Positions 52,114 through 62,827 of a DNA stretch of 64,000 nt are shown one piece after another. How positions within the stretch are numbered: position 1 is the stretch's first letter; the number at the start of each line of letters is the position of its first letter. The position numbers were made by a program, and so were the translations under genes. Origin of the DNA: a bacterium (GTDB taxonomy: Bacteria > Electryoneota > Electryoneia > Electryoneales > Electryoneaceae); contig OY769902.1 in the NCBI GenBank assembly GCA_963669175.1, positions 800,001 through 864,000 of the forward strand, in the 5' to 3' direction. Under the pieces are notes generated by a model. That model was not told the origin of the DNA and made no database searches. It worked only from the letters and a program-made list of their open reading frames with translations.

Positions 52114-54516
52114 TTATGAAACAGCGGAATATAAAACAGTCTCCAGTTCTTTGATAGCCTCCAGGTATTTTTCCTTTGTCCCGAATGCTTCGATCAATTC
52201 TGTGAGCGTTCCAAGCTTCGATATTGGTTGAACCTGAAGGACTCTTATTTCTTCAATGTTTTCAATCCCTTCATCAGCGTATTTATCAAGCAGGGCTTCC
52301 ATCACAGCCCGTGCTTTTTCGCTGTACTTTCCGAAATAATTCCTCTTTTTGACATTATTCGCCCGTTCCTTACGAGTCAGTGGTGGTTGCCCGAACGCGA
52401 CATGGCAGATCAGGTCGAAAGGTCCATAATCCCGCCCGACTTCATCCGCTAAAGCTTCGAACAGAACCCCCTGTTCTTCCAGTTCCTGGATAATCGCCTG
52501 TTTCTGATCAGCCTGGGACCATTTCTGCAAGAAGTCATCCAGGGAATCGTATTCAGATTCAACTCGCTTACGGGTATAGTCTTTCAGGGATTCGGTTATC
52601 AGTTTGCCGTCGTTGCCGTAATACTGGACACGTTCACCAATGATTTCTACGTCAACATCATCAACGTAGTATTTGACTCTCTTGCCACCAGGTTTTTCAT
52701 CAACCGGATACAATTCTTCCGGTGGAACAGGTTCAACCAGGATTTCTTCAATTTCATCTTCCGGAATGTCAGTGCCATCATCCGATTCATCAATTTCTTC
52801 CGGTTCCGGAGGAACGACAGGTTCATCCTCTTTGGGTTCATAGATCTGGATCGGTGGGCCATCGAATGCGGGATCAGCGAACAGTTCGGTGGCCTTCTTG
52901 AAGTCCATGATGGTGAAGAAGTATTTACCGTAGTCTTCGTTGATCCGTGTCCCACGTCCGATGATCTGTTTGAATTCGGTCATGGAATTGATGGTCTGGT
53001 CAAGGACAATCAGCTTGCAGGTCTGGGCATCCACACCAGTGGACATCAGCTTGGACGTTGTGGTGACAACAGGGTAACGCTGTTCCGGATCGATGAAATT
53101 ATCCAGTTCCAGTTTGCCTTCCGGACTGTCCCCGGTTATGCGCATGACGTATTTGCTGTTCTTCTTCACTTCCGCCTTGTTCAGGTTCACGATTGTGCTT
53201 CGCATCCGTTCTGCATGGTCGATATCTTCACAGAAAATGATGGTTTTGCTGTACGGGTCGGTGTTTTGAAGGAATTCCGTAACTTTGGACGCCACAAGTT
53301 CAGTACGTTTTTCCAGCACCAGCTTCCGGTCAAAGTCTTTCTGGTTGTAGATCCGGTCTTCGATTTCGTGGCCGTGTTTATCCCGTTTGCCAGCTTCTGG
53401 TCGCCAGCCTTCGATATCCTTATCGATATCTATCCTGACAACCTTGTACGGTGCCAGGAAGCCGTCTTCGATGCCTTCTTTCAGCGAATAGGTATAAATG
53501 GGGTCACCGAAATAATGGATGTTGGATACGTGTTTCGTTTCTTTCGGTGTGGCGGTCAATCCCAGGTGTGTCGCGGATTTGAAGTATTCCAGGATCTGAC
53601 GCCAGCTTGATTCCGCATCTGCACTGCCACGGTGGCATTCATCGATCACGATTAAGTCGAAGAAGTCGGGGGAAAACTGCCGGTACACATTCATCACATC
53701 TTCATGGCCTGTAATTGCCTGGTACAGCGATAGATAGATTTCATAGGATTTATCCACCTTGCGATTCTTGATCCGTGTCATCGCCGAACCGAAGGGCTTG
53801 AAATCATTGACTCGGGTTTGCTTGATCAGCACATCACGATCCGCCAGAAACAGGATACGTTTCTTCATACCGGCTTTCCACAAACGCCATATAATCTGGA
53901 AGGCGGTGAAGGTTTTCCCTGTACCTGTTGCCATTACCATCAGAACACGGTCCTGCCCCTTGGCGATAGCTTCGACGGTTCGATTGATGGCGTTAATCTG
54001 GTAATACCTGGGTGTTTTTCCGCTGTCATCAGCGTAATAGGGTTGAGTGACGATGGGCTCCGACTTGGAATCAAGTTCCTTATCTGCACGGTATTTCTGC
54101 CATAACGCTTCCGGGGAGGGGAACTGGTCAAGCGCAAGTTCCTGTTCGACAGGCCCCGAAGAAGCGGTCTTATCGTGGGATTGAAAACCGTCACCATTGG
54201 AACTGAATACGAATGGCACATCCAGCGATTCCGAATAGTCCAAGGCTTGCTGCATTCCAGCGCTAATGCTGTGGTTGTTGTCCTTTGCTTCAATGACGGC
54301 AATCGGGATGTTGGGCTTGTAGAACAGGATGTAGTCAGCGCGTTTCTTTTTGCTGCGGGCAACCAGTTCACCACGAACGATGATTCGTCCAGCGGTAAAG
54401 GTCACTTCCTCACGGACTTGTGACTGGATATCCCATCCCGCATCCTTGATGGCCGGGGTGATGAATTTCGTGCAGATATCACGTTCACTAAGTGACTTCT
54501 TATTAATAACCTCCAA
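52114..54516 (-). CDS. hsdR: Type I R-M restriction subunit (EcoAI/EcoEI-like)
   Basis: ADY...VIEAK nuclease, [22 protein letters not shown]; TTG 54516 preceded by AGGAGG at 6 nt. Confidence 0.93.
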   Translation of the reverse strand: MEVINKKSLSERDICTKFITPAIKDAGWDIQSQVREEVTFTAGRIIVRGELVARSKKKRADYILFYKPNIPIAVIEAKDNNHSISAGMQQALDYSESLDVPFVFSSNGDGFQSHDKTASSGPVEQELALDQFPSPEALWQKYRADKELDSKSEPIVTQPYYADDSGKTPRYYQINAINRTVEAIAKGQDRVLMVMATGTGKTFTAFQIIWRLWKAGMKKRILFLADRDVLIKQTRVNDFKPFGSAMTRIKNRKVDKSYEIYLSLYQAITGHEDVMNVYRQFSPDFFDLIVIDECHRGSADAESSWRQILEYFKSATHLGLTATPKETKHVSNIHYFGDPIYTYSLKEGIEDGFLAPYKVVRIDIDKDIEGWRPEAGKRDKHGHEIEDRIYNQKDFDRKLVLEKRTELVASKVTEFLQNTDPYSKTIIFCEDIDHAERMRSTIVNLNKAEVKKNSKYVMRITGDSPEGKLELDNFIDPEQRYPVVTTTSKLMSTGVDAQTCKLIVLDQTINSMTEFKQIIGRGTRINEDYGKYFFTIMDFKKATELFADPAFDGPPIQIYEPKEDEPVVPPEPEEIDESDDGTDIPEDEIEEILVEPVPPEELYPVDEKPGGKRVKYYVDDVDVEIIGERVQYYGNDGKLITESLKDYTRKRVESEYDSLDDFLQKWSQADQKQAIIQELEEQGVLFEALADEVGRDYGPFDLICHVAFGQPPLTRKERANNVKKRNYFGKYSEKARAVMEALLDKYADEGIENIEEIRVLQVQPISKLGTLTELIEAFGTKEKYLEAIKELETVLYSAVS

Positions 54517-54639
54517 TAGAATCCTCCTATTGTAGAAGCTTTGCAGCAGAATTTTATACTGAATCCTCTGTGTTACACAGAGATTGATATAATAAGAAAT
54601 AGATTCTGCGTGGTCAAACAAAGCGAAATCATATTGACG

Positions 54640-54670
54640 AAAAAAGCTTCCAACAACAATGCTGGAAGCC
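54640..54670 (-). terminator. Terminator downstream of the displaced tRNA 3' fragment
   Basis: Minus strand GCTTCCAGCATTGTTGTTGGAAGC-TTTTTT. Confidence 0.65.
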
Positions 54671-54691
54671 TTAACACACTTGAATCCCAAA

Positions 54692-54739
54692 TGGTAGCGC
54701 GTACGGGAATCGAACCCGTGTTTCCGGCGTGAGAGGCCA
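54692..54739 (-). repeat. att site: 48-bp duplicate of the tRNA-Glu 3' portion
   Basis: Identical to 61933-61980. Confidence 0.95.
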
Positions 54740-54868
54740 CAAACTACCCTTTTCACTGAACTTACTTCGCTGTTTTGGGCGGTCCCTTAACACTAGTGAT
54801 AGAAAGCTGTTCAACGGGTTGAACCACTCCTTGACTTCCCTTCGCTTACCTAGTTATATAGTCTGACA

Positions 54869-54891
54869 GGTGGGGACAATGGTGGGGAAGC
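54869..54891 (+). other. Candidate integrase arm-type binding sites
   Basis: GGTGGGGA-CAAT-GGTGGGGAAGC, repeated at 61851-61873 as GGTGGGGA-ATAT-GGTGGGGAAGC. Confidence 0.7.
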
Positions 54892-54926
54892 TGTTCTATC
54901 ACCCCGATACGAAACAGGAGGTTGTC

Positions 54927-56090
54927 ATGGCGGCCAAGTACAAACGGCAAAAGACACAATATCCCGGCGTGTTCTATCACGTCATGCCCAGGACCGGGCA
55001 CAAAGAGGACGAGAAGGTTTACTACATTCGATTTAAGCGTGACGGAAAGCAATATGAGGAACGTGTTGGCGGTCAACATAGCAACGATATGACACCACAA
55101 CGCGCAAACAATATTCGCGCCGAACGAATTGAGGGAAAACGTGAATCCAGGTTAGAGCGGCAAAAACGTGAAACTGAAGCGCGTGAAGCTGAACATAACG
55201 CCTGGACAGTGGCGAAGATTTGGGAATACTACAAGGAGATTCGGGGCGAGTGGAACAAATCACTTGCTACAGATGGCTACCGGTATGAATCCTATATCGC
55301 TTCAAGCTTTGGCAAGGAACAACCCAAGGCGATCAAGCCAGTTGACGTTGACCGGTGGCGTATGGATCTAGAAAAGCGCAATCTGTCGCCTCAGACGGTT
55401 CGCCATATCATGGCACTATTGAAACGAATCCTGAACTTCGCGAAGAACCGTGTTCTGTGCGAAACCCCAGACTTCGCCTTCGATATGCCTCAGGTTGATA
55501 ACATCAAAGACGATGCGCTCGATGCCGAACAGATTGATACGCTTGCAAAGGTACTGGATGAGGAAGAAAAACGTGGAGGCCCGTATAAACGTTTTGCTGG
55601 TATGATGCGGCTGGCACTGTTTACGGGAATGCGGCGAGGCGAGATAACAAACTTGAAATGGGAAGATATTGACTGGCGGAACAACCTAATCGCAATTCGG
55701 AACCCCAAGGGTGGGAAAGATCAATTCATTCCATTGACCAATCTCTCGATCCCCGTACTCAAGGCACAGAAGCTCACCAAGAGTTCATACGTGTTCCCCG
55801 GTAAAGATGGACAGCGCCTGAAAAATACCTCAAAGCTATCCCGCGCAATATTTGATAAAGCCAAGTTACCGAAAGACTATCGACCCTTTCACAGTCTTCG
55901 CCACACTTTCGCAACCGTGCTCGCCAGTTCTGGCAAGGTCGATATGTACTCTCTCCAGCGTTTGCTAACGCATAAATCACCTATCATGACTCAACGATAT
56001 GCAAAGCTACACGATGAAGCTCTCAGGCGAAGTGCAGACGTGGCAACCAGTATCTTTGGTGGACATATCACCGGCGAAAAAGAAATTTGA
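54927..56090 (+). CDS. Tyrosine recombinase (phage-type integrase)
   Basis: TGMRRGE, HSLRH, LLTH and TQRY catalytic residues; AGGAGG RBS before ATG 54927. Confidence 0.95.
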   Translation: MAAKYKRQKTQYPGVFYHVMPRTGHKEDEKVYYIRFKRDGKQYEERVGGQHSNDMTPQRANNIRAERIEGKRESRLERQKRETEAREAEHNAWTVAKIWEYYKEIRGEWNKSLATDGYRYESYIASSFGKEQPKAIKPVDVDRWRMDLEKRNLSPQTVRHIMALLKRILNFAKNRVLCETPDFAFDMPQVDNIKDDALDAEQIDTLAKVLDEEEKRGGPYKRFAGMMRLALFTGMRRGEITNLKWEDIDWRNNLIAIRNPKGGKDQFIPLTNLSIPVLKAQKLTKSSYVFPGKDGQRLKNTSKLSRAIFDKAKLPKDYRPFHSLRHTFATVLASSGKVDMYSLQRLLTHKSPIMTQRYAKLHDEALRRSADVATSIFGGHITGEKEI

Positions 56091-56319
56091 CTCTCCAAAT
56101 ATTAGGATACTCTGAAGTTTCTTCGTGTTGTTAAGTTATTACTATCATGCCTTTTACAACCAATTCCTACCTGGTTTATTATCTTTTTTTCCTCCCAAGG
56201 TTTGTAAAGAAAGAAATTGTAGTATTTCTTTGGAAGCACATCAAGGAGCAGGTACAAGTCAGAGCCTCTCGGTTTACCAATCAATTGCCGGGAGCATCAC
56301 CTACATAAGGAGAGGAAAG

Positions 56320-56562
56320 ATGCTTAGTTCAGAGTCAACGACAACCCAACCGAAAGGGACCAAACCGATGTACCTCACTGAGCACCAAGTAGCTGAAATG
56401 ACGGGGTTTGCCCTCCAGACGCTACGCAACTGGCGATTCCGGGGCGAAGGGCCGCGATACCTCAAGGTCGCAAAGCGGTCAATTCGATACCTGGAATCAG
56501 ATGTGAACGAGTTTATGCAACGCAACCTGATTGAAACCGAGGAGGTCGCGAATGCTGCGTAA
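56320..56562 (+). CDS. AlpA/excisionase-like HTH protein (alternative start 56368)
   Basis: YLTEHQVAEMTGFALQTLRNWRFRGEGPRYLKV...IRY. Confidence 0.85.
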   Translation: MLSSESTTTQPKGTKPMYLTEHQVAEMTGFALQTLRNWRFRGEGPRYLKVAKRSIRYLESDVNEFMQRNLIETEEVANAA

Positions 56563-56728
56563 GGAAGAAAACAAAGAAGCCCCCCGTGGAACCGAGGGGC
56601 CAACACTTGTAAATGAACCGGGCTGCAACCCGGTTATACTCCAAACTCAAAGGAAACATAAGATCATGAAAACCAGAAATCAAGAGCGAATGAGTCAACT
56701 GTTCGCCAAGGAGGCGCTCAATGTCTGA
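56552..56728 (+). CDS. Small hypothetical protein
   Basis: GGAGG RBS; overlaps both neighbours, consistent with translational coupling. Confidence 0.45.
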   Translation: MLRKEENKEAPRGTEGPTLVNEPGCNPVILQTQRKHKIMKTRNQERMSQLFAKEALNV

Positions 56729-59060
56729 TACGCCTCTTAACATCGTTCTTCAAACACTCCACCAACACGGCTCACCCGCACAGCAGAAAACCGGATACTG
56801 GCTGGCTCGGTGTCCAGCCCATGACGACAGCAACCCCTCGCTATCTATTAGCGAAGGGGACCAGGGCCAAGTCCTGCTCAAGTGTCATGCGGGATGCGGT
56901 ACGGAAGACATTGTATCGGCCCTTGGGCTTTCCATGGGGGATCTCTTCCCCAAGGACACCCCACCACCTGCGCGGAAGAAGCAACAGAATCCCAAACAAC
57001 AGCCCAAGATCGTTAAAGAGTACAACTACCAAGACGAGAATGGTGAGCTGCTGTACCAGGTGGTGCGATACAAACCGAAGGGTTTCAAGCAGCGTAGACC
57101 AAACCCAGAGCGGCACGGGAAATGGATATGGAGTTTAGACGATGTTGTTCGTGTTCCCTATCGTCTACCTGAGCTTTTGGCTTCGGATTTGGCGATTATT
57201 GTCGAGGGCGAAAAAGACGCAGACCGGCTCGCCCATGCCGGTTTCACCGGAGCAACCACCTTCCCAATGGGAGCGGGTAATTGGCGGCCCGAATACACGC
57301 AGCACTTCACGGGTAAAGACGTTGTGATATTACCCGATGCAGACACATCGGGCAAAGAACACGGCTCGAAGGTCGCCGGGAATCTGCACGGTGTTGCGAA
57401 GCGTGTTCGCTTGCTGGAGCCTTTCTCCAACGCAAAGGACGTAAGCGACTGGTTAGACTCAGGCGGAACGGTGGAGCAGCTACGGAAGCTAATGGACATT
57501 TGTCCAACATACTCTCCCGAGAACCCACCAGAATGGGCCGTAGGGACGAAAAAGGAGCCCTCTTCCACACCTACTTTCAACATACCAAAACTCGAAGAGG
57601 CGCTCAAAACCAATGAAGTTGGTAACGCCGAACTATTAGTGAAGCGTCACAAGCACGAGCTGCGATTCGAACCCAACCTGAACAGGTGGTACAGGTGGAC
57701 AGGACGGCAGTGGAAGCAAACTCCTAAGATTGCTATAAAGGGATTAGCCCGTGAAGTAATCATGCAGGAGTTGCCAACAGAAGTAAAACAGGCTGGCAAC
57801 GATTTAGATCGGTTTCAGACCTGTTTGAGACACTTCCAAGTCTCAGCACGTGATAAGCAATTCGATGCTATGGTTCGGATTGCAGAATCGTACTCAGAAT
57901 TGTGGGTTGACGCTAGCGACTTCGATGCGGAGCCTTGGTTGTTCAACGTACAAAATGGAGTCCTTGATCTTCGCACCGGCGAACTACTTCCGCACTCGTC
58001 GGACAGACTGATCATGAAGATTGCTCCTGTCACCTGGCAAGGGCTGGAGGTCACGTCTGCTCTCTGGGAGAGTTTCCTCGAGCGGTTGTGCGGGAGTGAA
58101 AACGGCTCAAGTGAGGATAGCGTGGAGCGTCTAAAAGACTATCTACAGAGCGTTGCCGGTTATCTGTTGTTTGGAGGCAACCCGGCGGAGAAGTTCTTTC
58201 TTATACACGGCCCCAAGCGGTCCGGCAAGTCTACGTTTCTGGCCGCTCTATTCAGCGCAATGGGCGATGCTAAGCTAGACGGGTACGCCAACGCCTCGAA
58301 TGCGGAGACTTTCCTGCAATCGGGAGACCGAGGCGACGGTAGCAAACCCAGGTCCGATCTCATGGCTTTCATGGGAGCAAGGTTTGTCTTTGCCAGCGAG
58401 TTTCCAGAATACCGGCGATTCGATTCGGCTAAGATGAAAATGTGGAGCGGCGGTGATCCAATCACAGCAAGGGCTCCATACAACAAGTGCGAGACCACAT
58501 TCAAACCGATGTTCACGATTGCGATTGCTACGAACGATCTACCGACACTTGAACGGACAGACGCGGCGCTATGGGATAGGGCGATACCTCTACCTTTCCC
58601 ATATTCCATACCAGAGGGGCAGCGAGACCCCAACGTGAAGGAGGCGCTCTCAGACCCTGAACAGCACGGCGCGGCTATCCTGGCTTGGGCTGTTAGAGGG
58701 TTACTGGTATATCGTGACAACGGAAACCAGCTTCCATCTTTGCCGCCCGAAGTATTGCGAAGCAAAGAAGACTTGTTCGCCGAGCAAGACCCGCTCCGTG
58801 AATTCATTGAGGAGTGTTGTGAGCTTCAGCACGATGCTTGGGTAAGCCGTACCCTGTTGCGGAGAGCTTACGTGGACTATGCTTCTGAGGTTGGTGATCA
58901 CCCTATTGGCAATCGAAAGTTTTCTGACCTGATCCTTGCACGTGATGACATCACGCGCACTCAGAAACGTGACGGTGATAAACGTGTTTGGGGGTATGAG
59001 GGGATTCGACTTGCTCGAGACGTGACACAAAACATTGTTAAACTGAAAGAGGTTGCCTAA
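56721..59060 (+). CDS. Primase-helicase (Zn finger, TOPRIM, D5/P4-type SF3 helicase)
   Basis: CPAHDD...CHAGC, VEGEKD...PDAD, FNVQNGVLDL, GPKRSGKST, IATNDLP. Confidence 0.9.
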   Translation: MSDTPLNIVLQTLHQHGSPAQQKTGYWLARCPAHDDSNPSLSISEGDQGQVLLKCHAGCGTEDIVSALGLSMGDLFPKDTPPPARKKQQNPKQQPKIVKEYNYQDENGELLYQVVRYKPKGFKQRRPNPERHGKWIWSLDDVVRVPYRLPELLASDLAIIVEGEKDADRLAHAGFTGATTFPMGAGNWRPEYTQHFTGKDVVILPDADTSGKEHGSKVAGNLHGVAKRVRLLEPFSNAKDVSDWLDSGGTVEQLRKLMDICPTYSPENPPEWAVGTKKEPSSTPTFNIPKLEEALKTNEVGNAELLVKRHKHELRFEPNLNRWYRWTGRQWKQTPKIAIKGLAREVIMQELPTEVKQAGNDLDRFQTCLRHFQVSARDKQFDAMVRIAESYSELWVDASDFDAEPWLFNVQNGVLDLRTGELLPHSSDRLIMKIAPVTWQGLEVTSALWESFLERLCGSENGSSEDSVERLKDYLQSVAGYLLFGGNPAEKFFLIHGPKRSGKSTFLAALFSAMGDAKLDGYANASNAETFLQSGDRGDGSKPRSDLMAFMGARFVFASEFPEYRRFDSAKMKMWSGGDPITARAPYNKCETTFKPMFTIAIATNDLPTLERTDAALWDRAIPLPFPYSIPEGQRDPNVKEALSDPEQHGAAILAWAVRGLLVYRDNGNQLPSLPPEVLRSKEDLFAEQDPLREFIEECCELQHDAWVSRTLLRRAYVDYASEVGDHPIGNRKFSDLILARDDITRTQKRDGDKRVWGYEGIRLARDVTQNIVKLKEVA

Positions 59061-59067
59061 GAGATTT

Positions 59068-59174
59068 TGTCACCGTTGTCACCACAATATAGCCCAAATT
59101 GTAACAACCTCTCACGAATACGGATATGAAAAGAGTTTTGAAAAAACACGGTTATTACGGTGACAGCGGTGACA
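59068..59174. other. Candidate replication origin (inverted iteron pairs)
   Basis: TGTCACC at 59068 and 59077 facing GGTGACA at 59159 and 59168 around an AT-rich spacer, directly after the primase gene. Confidence 0.6.
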
Positions 59175-59392
59175 CTTCACGTAAACACTCACGTACAGTA
59201 TTTGAGCGGCGAGCCAGAGATGAAGCCTCTAAGGTATTTTTTCACATTCACGTAAATCGCTGCATTGCGCCGTCAAACCTACGATTGAGCGATGCGAGCC
59301 ATGTGATTCTAATGTGTCACATTTAGGTGCTCATCTCTATACTACCGGGTTCGGCGGAAAAAACAGGATTGATTGCGTAGAAAGGAAACGAA

Positions 59393-59731
59393 ATGCTCGA
59401 TAAGGAAAACCTCGTGATAGCGAAGTTCGAAGAGTTATACGAGTTGGTATATGGTACTGCGGTCGATTGGCTCGACCGTACCGAGGATGAGAAGCTCGGA
59501 CACATTATGAAAATTATGACGGTCAACAAAGTGTGTCCAAAGTGTGGAGGCGAGCTTCGAAAAGTAAGCGGACAGTACGGTCTATTCTACGGGTGCTCGT
59601 GTTATCCAGATTGCGACTATCGGGAGTCCATTAAGGCAGCAGGCGACAAAGAGGCAAAGCGCCAAGTCCAGTTGGCCGTAGCAGAAACGTTTGACAGGAT
59701 GGCCCACTATGCGAGATCGGGTTTATCCTAG
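59393..59731 (+). CDS. Small protein with topoisomerase-type C4 zinc finger
   Basis: CPKCGGELRKVSGQYGLFYGCSCYPDCDY. Confidence 0.75.
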   Translation: MLDKENLVIAKFEELYELVYGTAVDWLDRTEDEKLGHIMKIMTVNKVCPKCGGELRKVSGQYGLFYGCSCYPDCDYRESIKAAGDKEAKRQVQLAVAETFDRMAHYARSGLS

Positions 59732-59915
59732 CGATATTTGAGGTACATCGTCAGGTTCGCCCGGAACTTTCCGAAGGTCTGGAAAATTCAACCTCAACAT
59801 TCCCCGCTCGTTACCATAGCATTAGTAAACGAGTGGGGATTTCTTTTGACTTCTGGTGTGATAGCACATATCTTGCATATTAGCCTATGAACACCGATTA
59901 GCCTTGGGGGACACG

Positions 59916-60584
59916 ATGAACAAGACCTTCCTTGCTTTTCCTCTATTCCTGATCCTTGCTCTGTCTTTCGGTTGTGACAGTGATGATGATAACGGGGTTG
60001 GTAACGATGGCGGTAATGATGAGCCAGAAGCTCCAGTTGCCGAAGAGGTGGCGGACCTGTTTCCGCTTGGGGACGGGTTGTCTTGGGTCTACTTGTATCC
60101 TGGTGATAATGACACCACTATCGAGGTAAGAAGCTACGATACAGGTGAGCGGTACGACGGTGAGATACTGTATCGAATGGGTTCGTTTCATGAGAGTTCT
60201 GGGATGTGGGGCGGTAATACCTACTCTGTGACGAACGATAGTGTGCGTATGTATGTTTGGGACGAACAGCGTGGCGACTATATAACGATGCCTGACTTCT
60301 ATAGCTTCCCCTGGGCACAACAAGGTGCTGTTATAGACAACGATGGAAGCAACTTCTGTTGGCGTGTATGGGCCTCTGACAGTACGATGACCGTACCCGC
60401 CGGTACGTTTGAGCATTGCTACGTTGTACGCTATGGAAGATATGACAACACTGATCCTCGGGGGCGTTACTACAAGGCATACGCGCCGGAGATTGGGTTG
60501 ATTAAATGGTGGTTTGACGATGCGACACGGTACAATCGAGAATTGATTTCGTTTGGTGAAGTTTCCGAGGGGTTGGAAAATTGA
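59916..60584 (+). CDS. Hypothetical lipoprotein
   Basis: Lipobox LSFG-C, acidic linker, FPL..G.SWVY and TVPAGTF..C...YAP.IGLIK motifs. Confidence 0.75.
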   Translation: MNKTFLAFPLFLILALSFGCDSDDDNGVGNDGGNDEPEAPVAEEVADLFPLGDGLSWVYLYPGDNDTTIEVRSYDTGERYDGEILYRMGSFHESSGMWGGNTYSVTNDSVRMYVWDEQRGDYITMPDFYSFPWAQQGAVIDNDGSNFCWRVWASDSTMTVPAGTFEHCYVVRYGRYDNTDPRGRYYKAYAPEIGLIKWWFDDATRYNRELISFGEVSEGLEN

Positions 60585-60693
60585 TACGGACATTCAGCTA
60601 CAGATGTACACTATGTGGGCGACAGAGGATTTGGTGCTTCATAAATTTATACTACAATTGCAGTGGGACGTGAGATTTTAAAGGAGTCTGACG

Positions 60694-61599
60694 ATGAGGA
60701 AAATGCTGTTTTTTGTTTTAATGACAATAGCAAGTGTGGTGAATATTGTACATTCACAAGAAATTGATGAATTGGATAAAGGAATCCTTTATTACAACAT
60801 GGGACTAGATACTTTGGCTTACAAAAAACTATTGCCACTTGCAGAAGATGGTAATGCTGTTGCACAATACTATGTTGCGACTATCTACCTTCATGACACT
60901 TTAGATATTAGTGATGAACAGAAGGCAATTTATTGGTATCATCAAGCAGCGGGAAATAACCATACTACTGCACAATATAATCTCGCTATCTTTTATACGC
61001 AAGGCAAACACGTTAATCAAGACTTTACTAAAGCACTTTATTGGGCAATAAAAGCGTCTGATAATGGTGATTCTGATGCACAATACCTGGTAGGGTTGTT
61101 GTATGGTATGAAAACCGACAGTTCAAAGTCTTATGAATATTTTAAGCTTTCCGCTGAAGGAGGCCATGCTGATGCGCAGTATCGTTTAGGTTCATATTAT
61201 GAGTCAGGTATAGGAGTTGAAGCTGACAATATTAAAGCATTAGAATGGTATCAAAAATCTGCTGACCAAGGAAACGTGGAAGCAAGCTATTGTTTAGGTC
61301 GATTTTACTTTACAGGTATTGGGGTTCCTCAAGATTTCATGCAAGCAGTAAAATGGTTTGAAATAGCTGCCGAACGCGGAGATAAAGATGCACAATTTGC
61401 ATTAGGAGGTATCTATAAATATGGCTTTGGAGTTGAACAAGATAGAACAATAGCATATATGTGGTTGAATTTAGCAGCCGCGCAAGGACATGGAGAGGCT
61501 ATTGAGGAGCGTCAGGAACTATTATTAAGGATGACAAACGAGGAAATCATTGAGGCTCAGCGTCTCTCCCGTGAATGGAAAGTGGAAACGGAAGACTGA
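60694..61599 (+). CDS. Secreted SEL1-repeat protein
   Basis: Signal peptide; about six A..G...AQY.LG..Y..G.GV..D...A..W repeats; AT-rich. Confidence 0.9.
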   Translation: MRKMLFFVLMTIASVVNIVHSQEIDELDKGILYYNMGLDTLAYKKLLPLAEDGNAVAQYYVATIYLHDTLDISDEQKAIYWYHQAAGNNHTTAQYNLAIFYTQGKHVNQDFTKALYWAIKASDNGDSDAQYLVGLLYGMKTDSSKSYEYFKLSAEGGHADAQYRLGSYYESGIGVEADNIKALEWYQKSADQGNVEASYCLGRFYFTGIGVPQDFMQAVKWFEIAAERGDKDAQFALGGIYKYGFGVEQDRTIAYMWLNLAAAQGHGEAIEERQELLLRMTNEEIIEAQRLSREWKVETED

Positions 61600-61873
61600 T
61601 ATTGCATATCGCGGGCACCGAATCATAATACCCAAGCACAGCCAATGCCCCCCCCACTTGCCTTGCACCCCCGTCACCCTGTCATTCGAGGGTGAAGTTC
61701 GCACCAATCTACAGCCTTAGCTACATAGTTGCGGCATGGCTCCCGCTATCGCACCTCATAGAATCCATCCTGAGGCGCGTAGACCGCCTGTGGCGCGGTT
61801 TTCTCCACCTTGGCAAGGGTCAAGGCCATTGAGAAAGAAAACGCCTTTCTGGTGGGGAATATGGTGGGGAAGC

Positions 61874-61902
61874 AAAAAAGCGGCTCCAGGAGAACCGCTT
61901 TC
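61874..61902 (-). terminator. Element-supplied terminator for tRNA-Glu
   Basis: Minus strand AAAGCGGTTCTCCTGGAGCCGC-TTTTTT. Confidence 0.7.
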
Positions 61903-61932
61903 AAGAAAGATGTAAACAGCTATTTTACAACT

Positions 61933-62007
61933 TGGTAGCGCGTACGGGAATCGAACCCGTGTTTCCGGCGTGAGAGGCCAGCGTCCTGACCGCTGAACGA
62001 ACGCGCC
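61933..62007 (-). tRNA. tRNA-Glu(CTC), CCA encoded
   Basis: GGCGCGTTCGTTCAGCGGTCAGGACGCTGGCCT-CTC-ACGCCGGAAACACGGGTTCGATTCCCGTACGCGCTACCA. Confidence 0.95.
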
Positions 62008-62118
62008 ATAGTGGAGTCAAAAATACATGCTTGATGACAGTAAATCAACCGCTTCGCTCTGGCGAGAGACTCTCTCTCCTGAGTTTGAAAGTTGGCAAGT
62101 TTGAAAGTTGAAAAGTTA

Positions 62119-62450
62119 GGCTGCTCACAAGAATTTGTACATACAATCGACGAGCACGTTTCGTCAGGTCTTGACACGATACCTTTTTCTTGTTTTTTAC
62201 CGCAATTGCAGACACCTGTCCGACTTTACGCCTGCAATTTTACATGATAGTTCGTCGTCAGGCATCGTGTTATAACCTGACGACTGCGAGAATGCTGATA
62301 TCGGTGGCAGGTCACAACGCGACAAAAACAGGGCGAGAGGCGGTTTCTGTATCATCGTTATTCAGGAAAACATTGCTAAAGCCGAAGACAGAATGTCGCG
62401 TCAAGACCTGCCACAACATTGCCCGGATGCACAAATTCTTGTGAGGAACC
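62119..62450. mobile_element. MITE family A, complete copy with possible 8-bp target duplication
   Basis: TIR GGCTGCTCACAAGAATTTGTACAT / ATGCACAAATTCTTGTGAGGAACC; AAAAGTTA at 62111-62118 and 62451-62458. Confidence 0.85.
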
Positions 62451-62827
62451 AAAAGTTAGAAAGTTCAAAAGTTACCTATCCTTATCGTCCTACTACCTGA
62501 AAAATTGTTACCTTCCCGACTTGCTGCCAGATATTGTTATTCTGCGAAACTTCTCTTCCATAACATTCCCCTGTTTTGGAATCAGAGAACATCACAGGCA
62601 AATCGGGCCATGCCTCACTGGAGTTGGAAAGTTACAAAGCTTGAAAGTTCTAAAGTTATTTGAATGATTGCATAGAATACGGTCATAAATCAGGTTTCAG
62701 ACATGGCATAATGTCAGTAACCATTCACTCTTTTCATCATTCTTTCATCCTTGACATCCTTACTATCCTGTTCATCCTGTAAATTCTTGTGCAACGTCCG
62801 GAATTACTAATTCCTCATTTCTAATTC

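Larger units (their letters stand above)
54740..61932. mobile_element. 7.2-kb integrative element (phage-satellite-like) in tRNA-Glu
   Basis: Flanking 48-bp direct repeats; integrase, AlpA-like HTH, primase-helicase, iterons and cargo; no capsid, terminase or relaxase gene. Confidence 0.9.

Noticed and set aside
54692-54739. Second tRNA-Glu gene
   Set aside because: Only the 3' 48 nt are present; it is the att duplication
54517-54756. 80-aa N-terminal extension of hsdR in the ORF track
   Set aside because: Runs through the att/tRNA fragment and a terminator; TTG 54516 has a strong RBS
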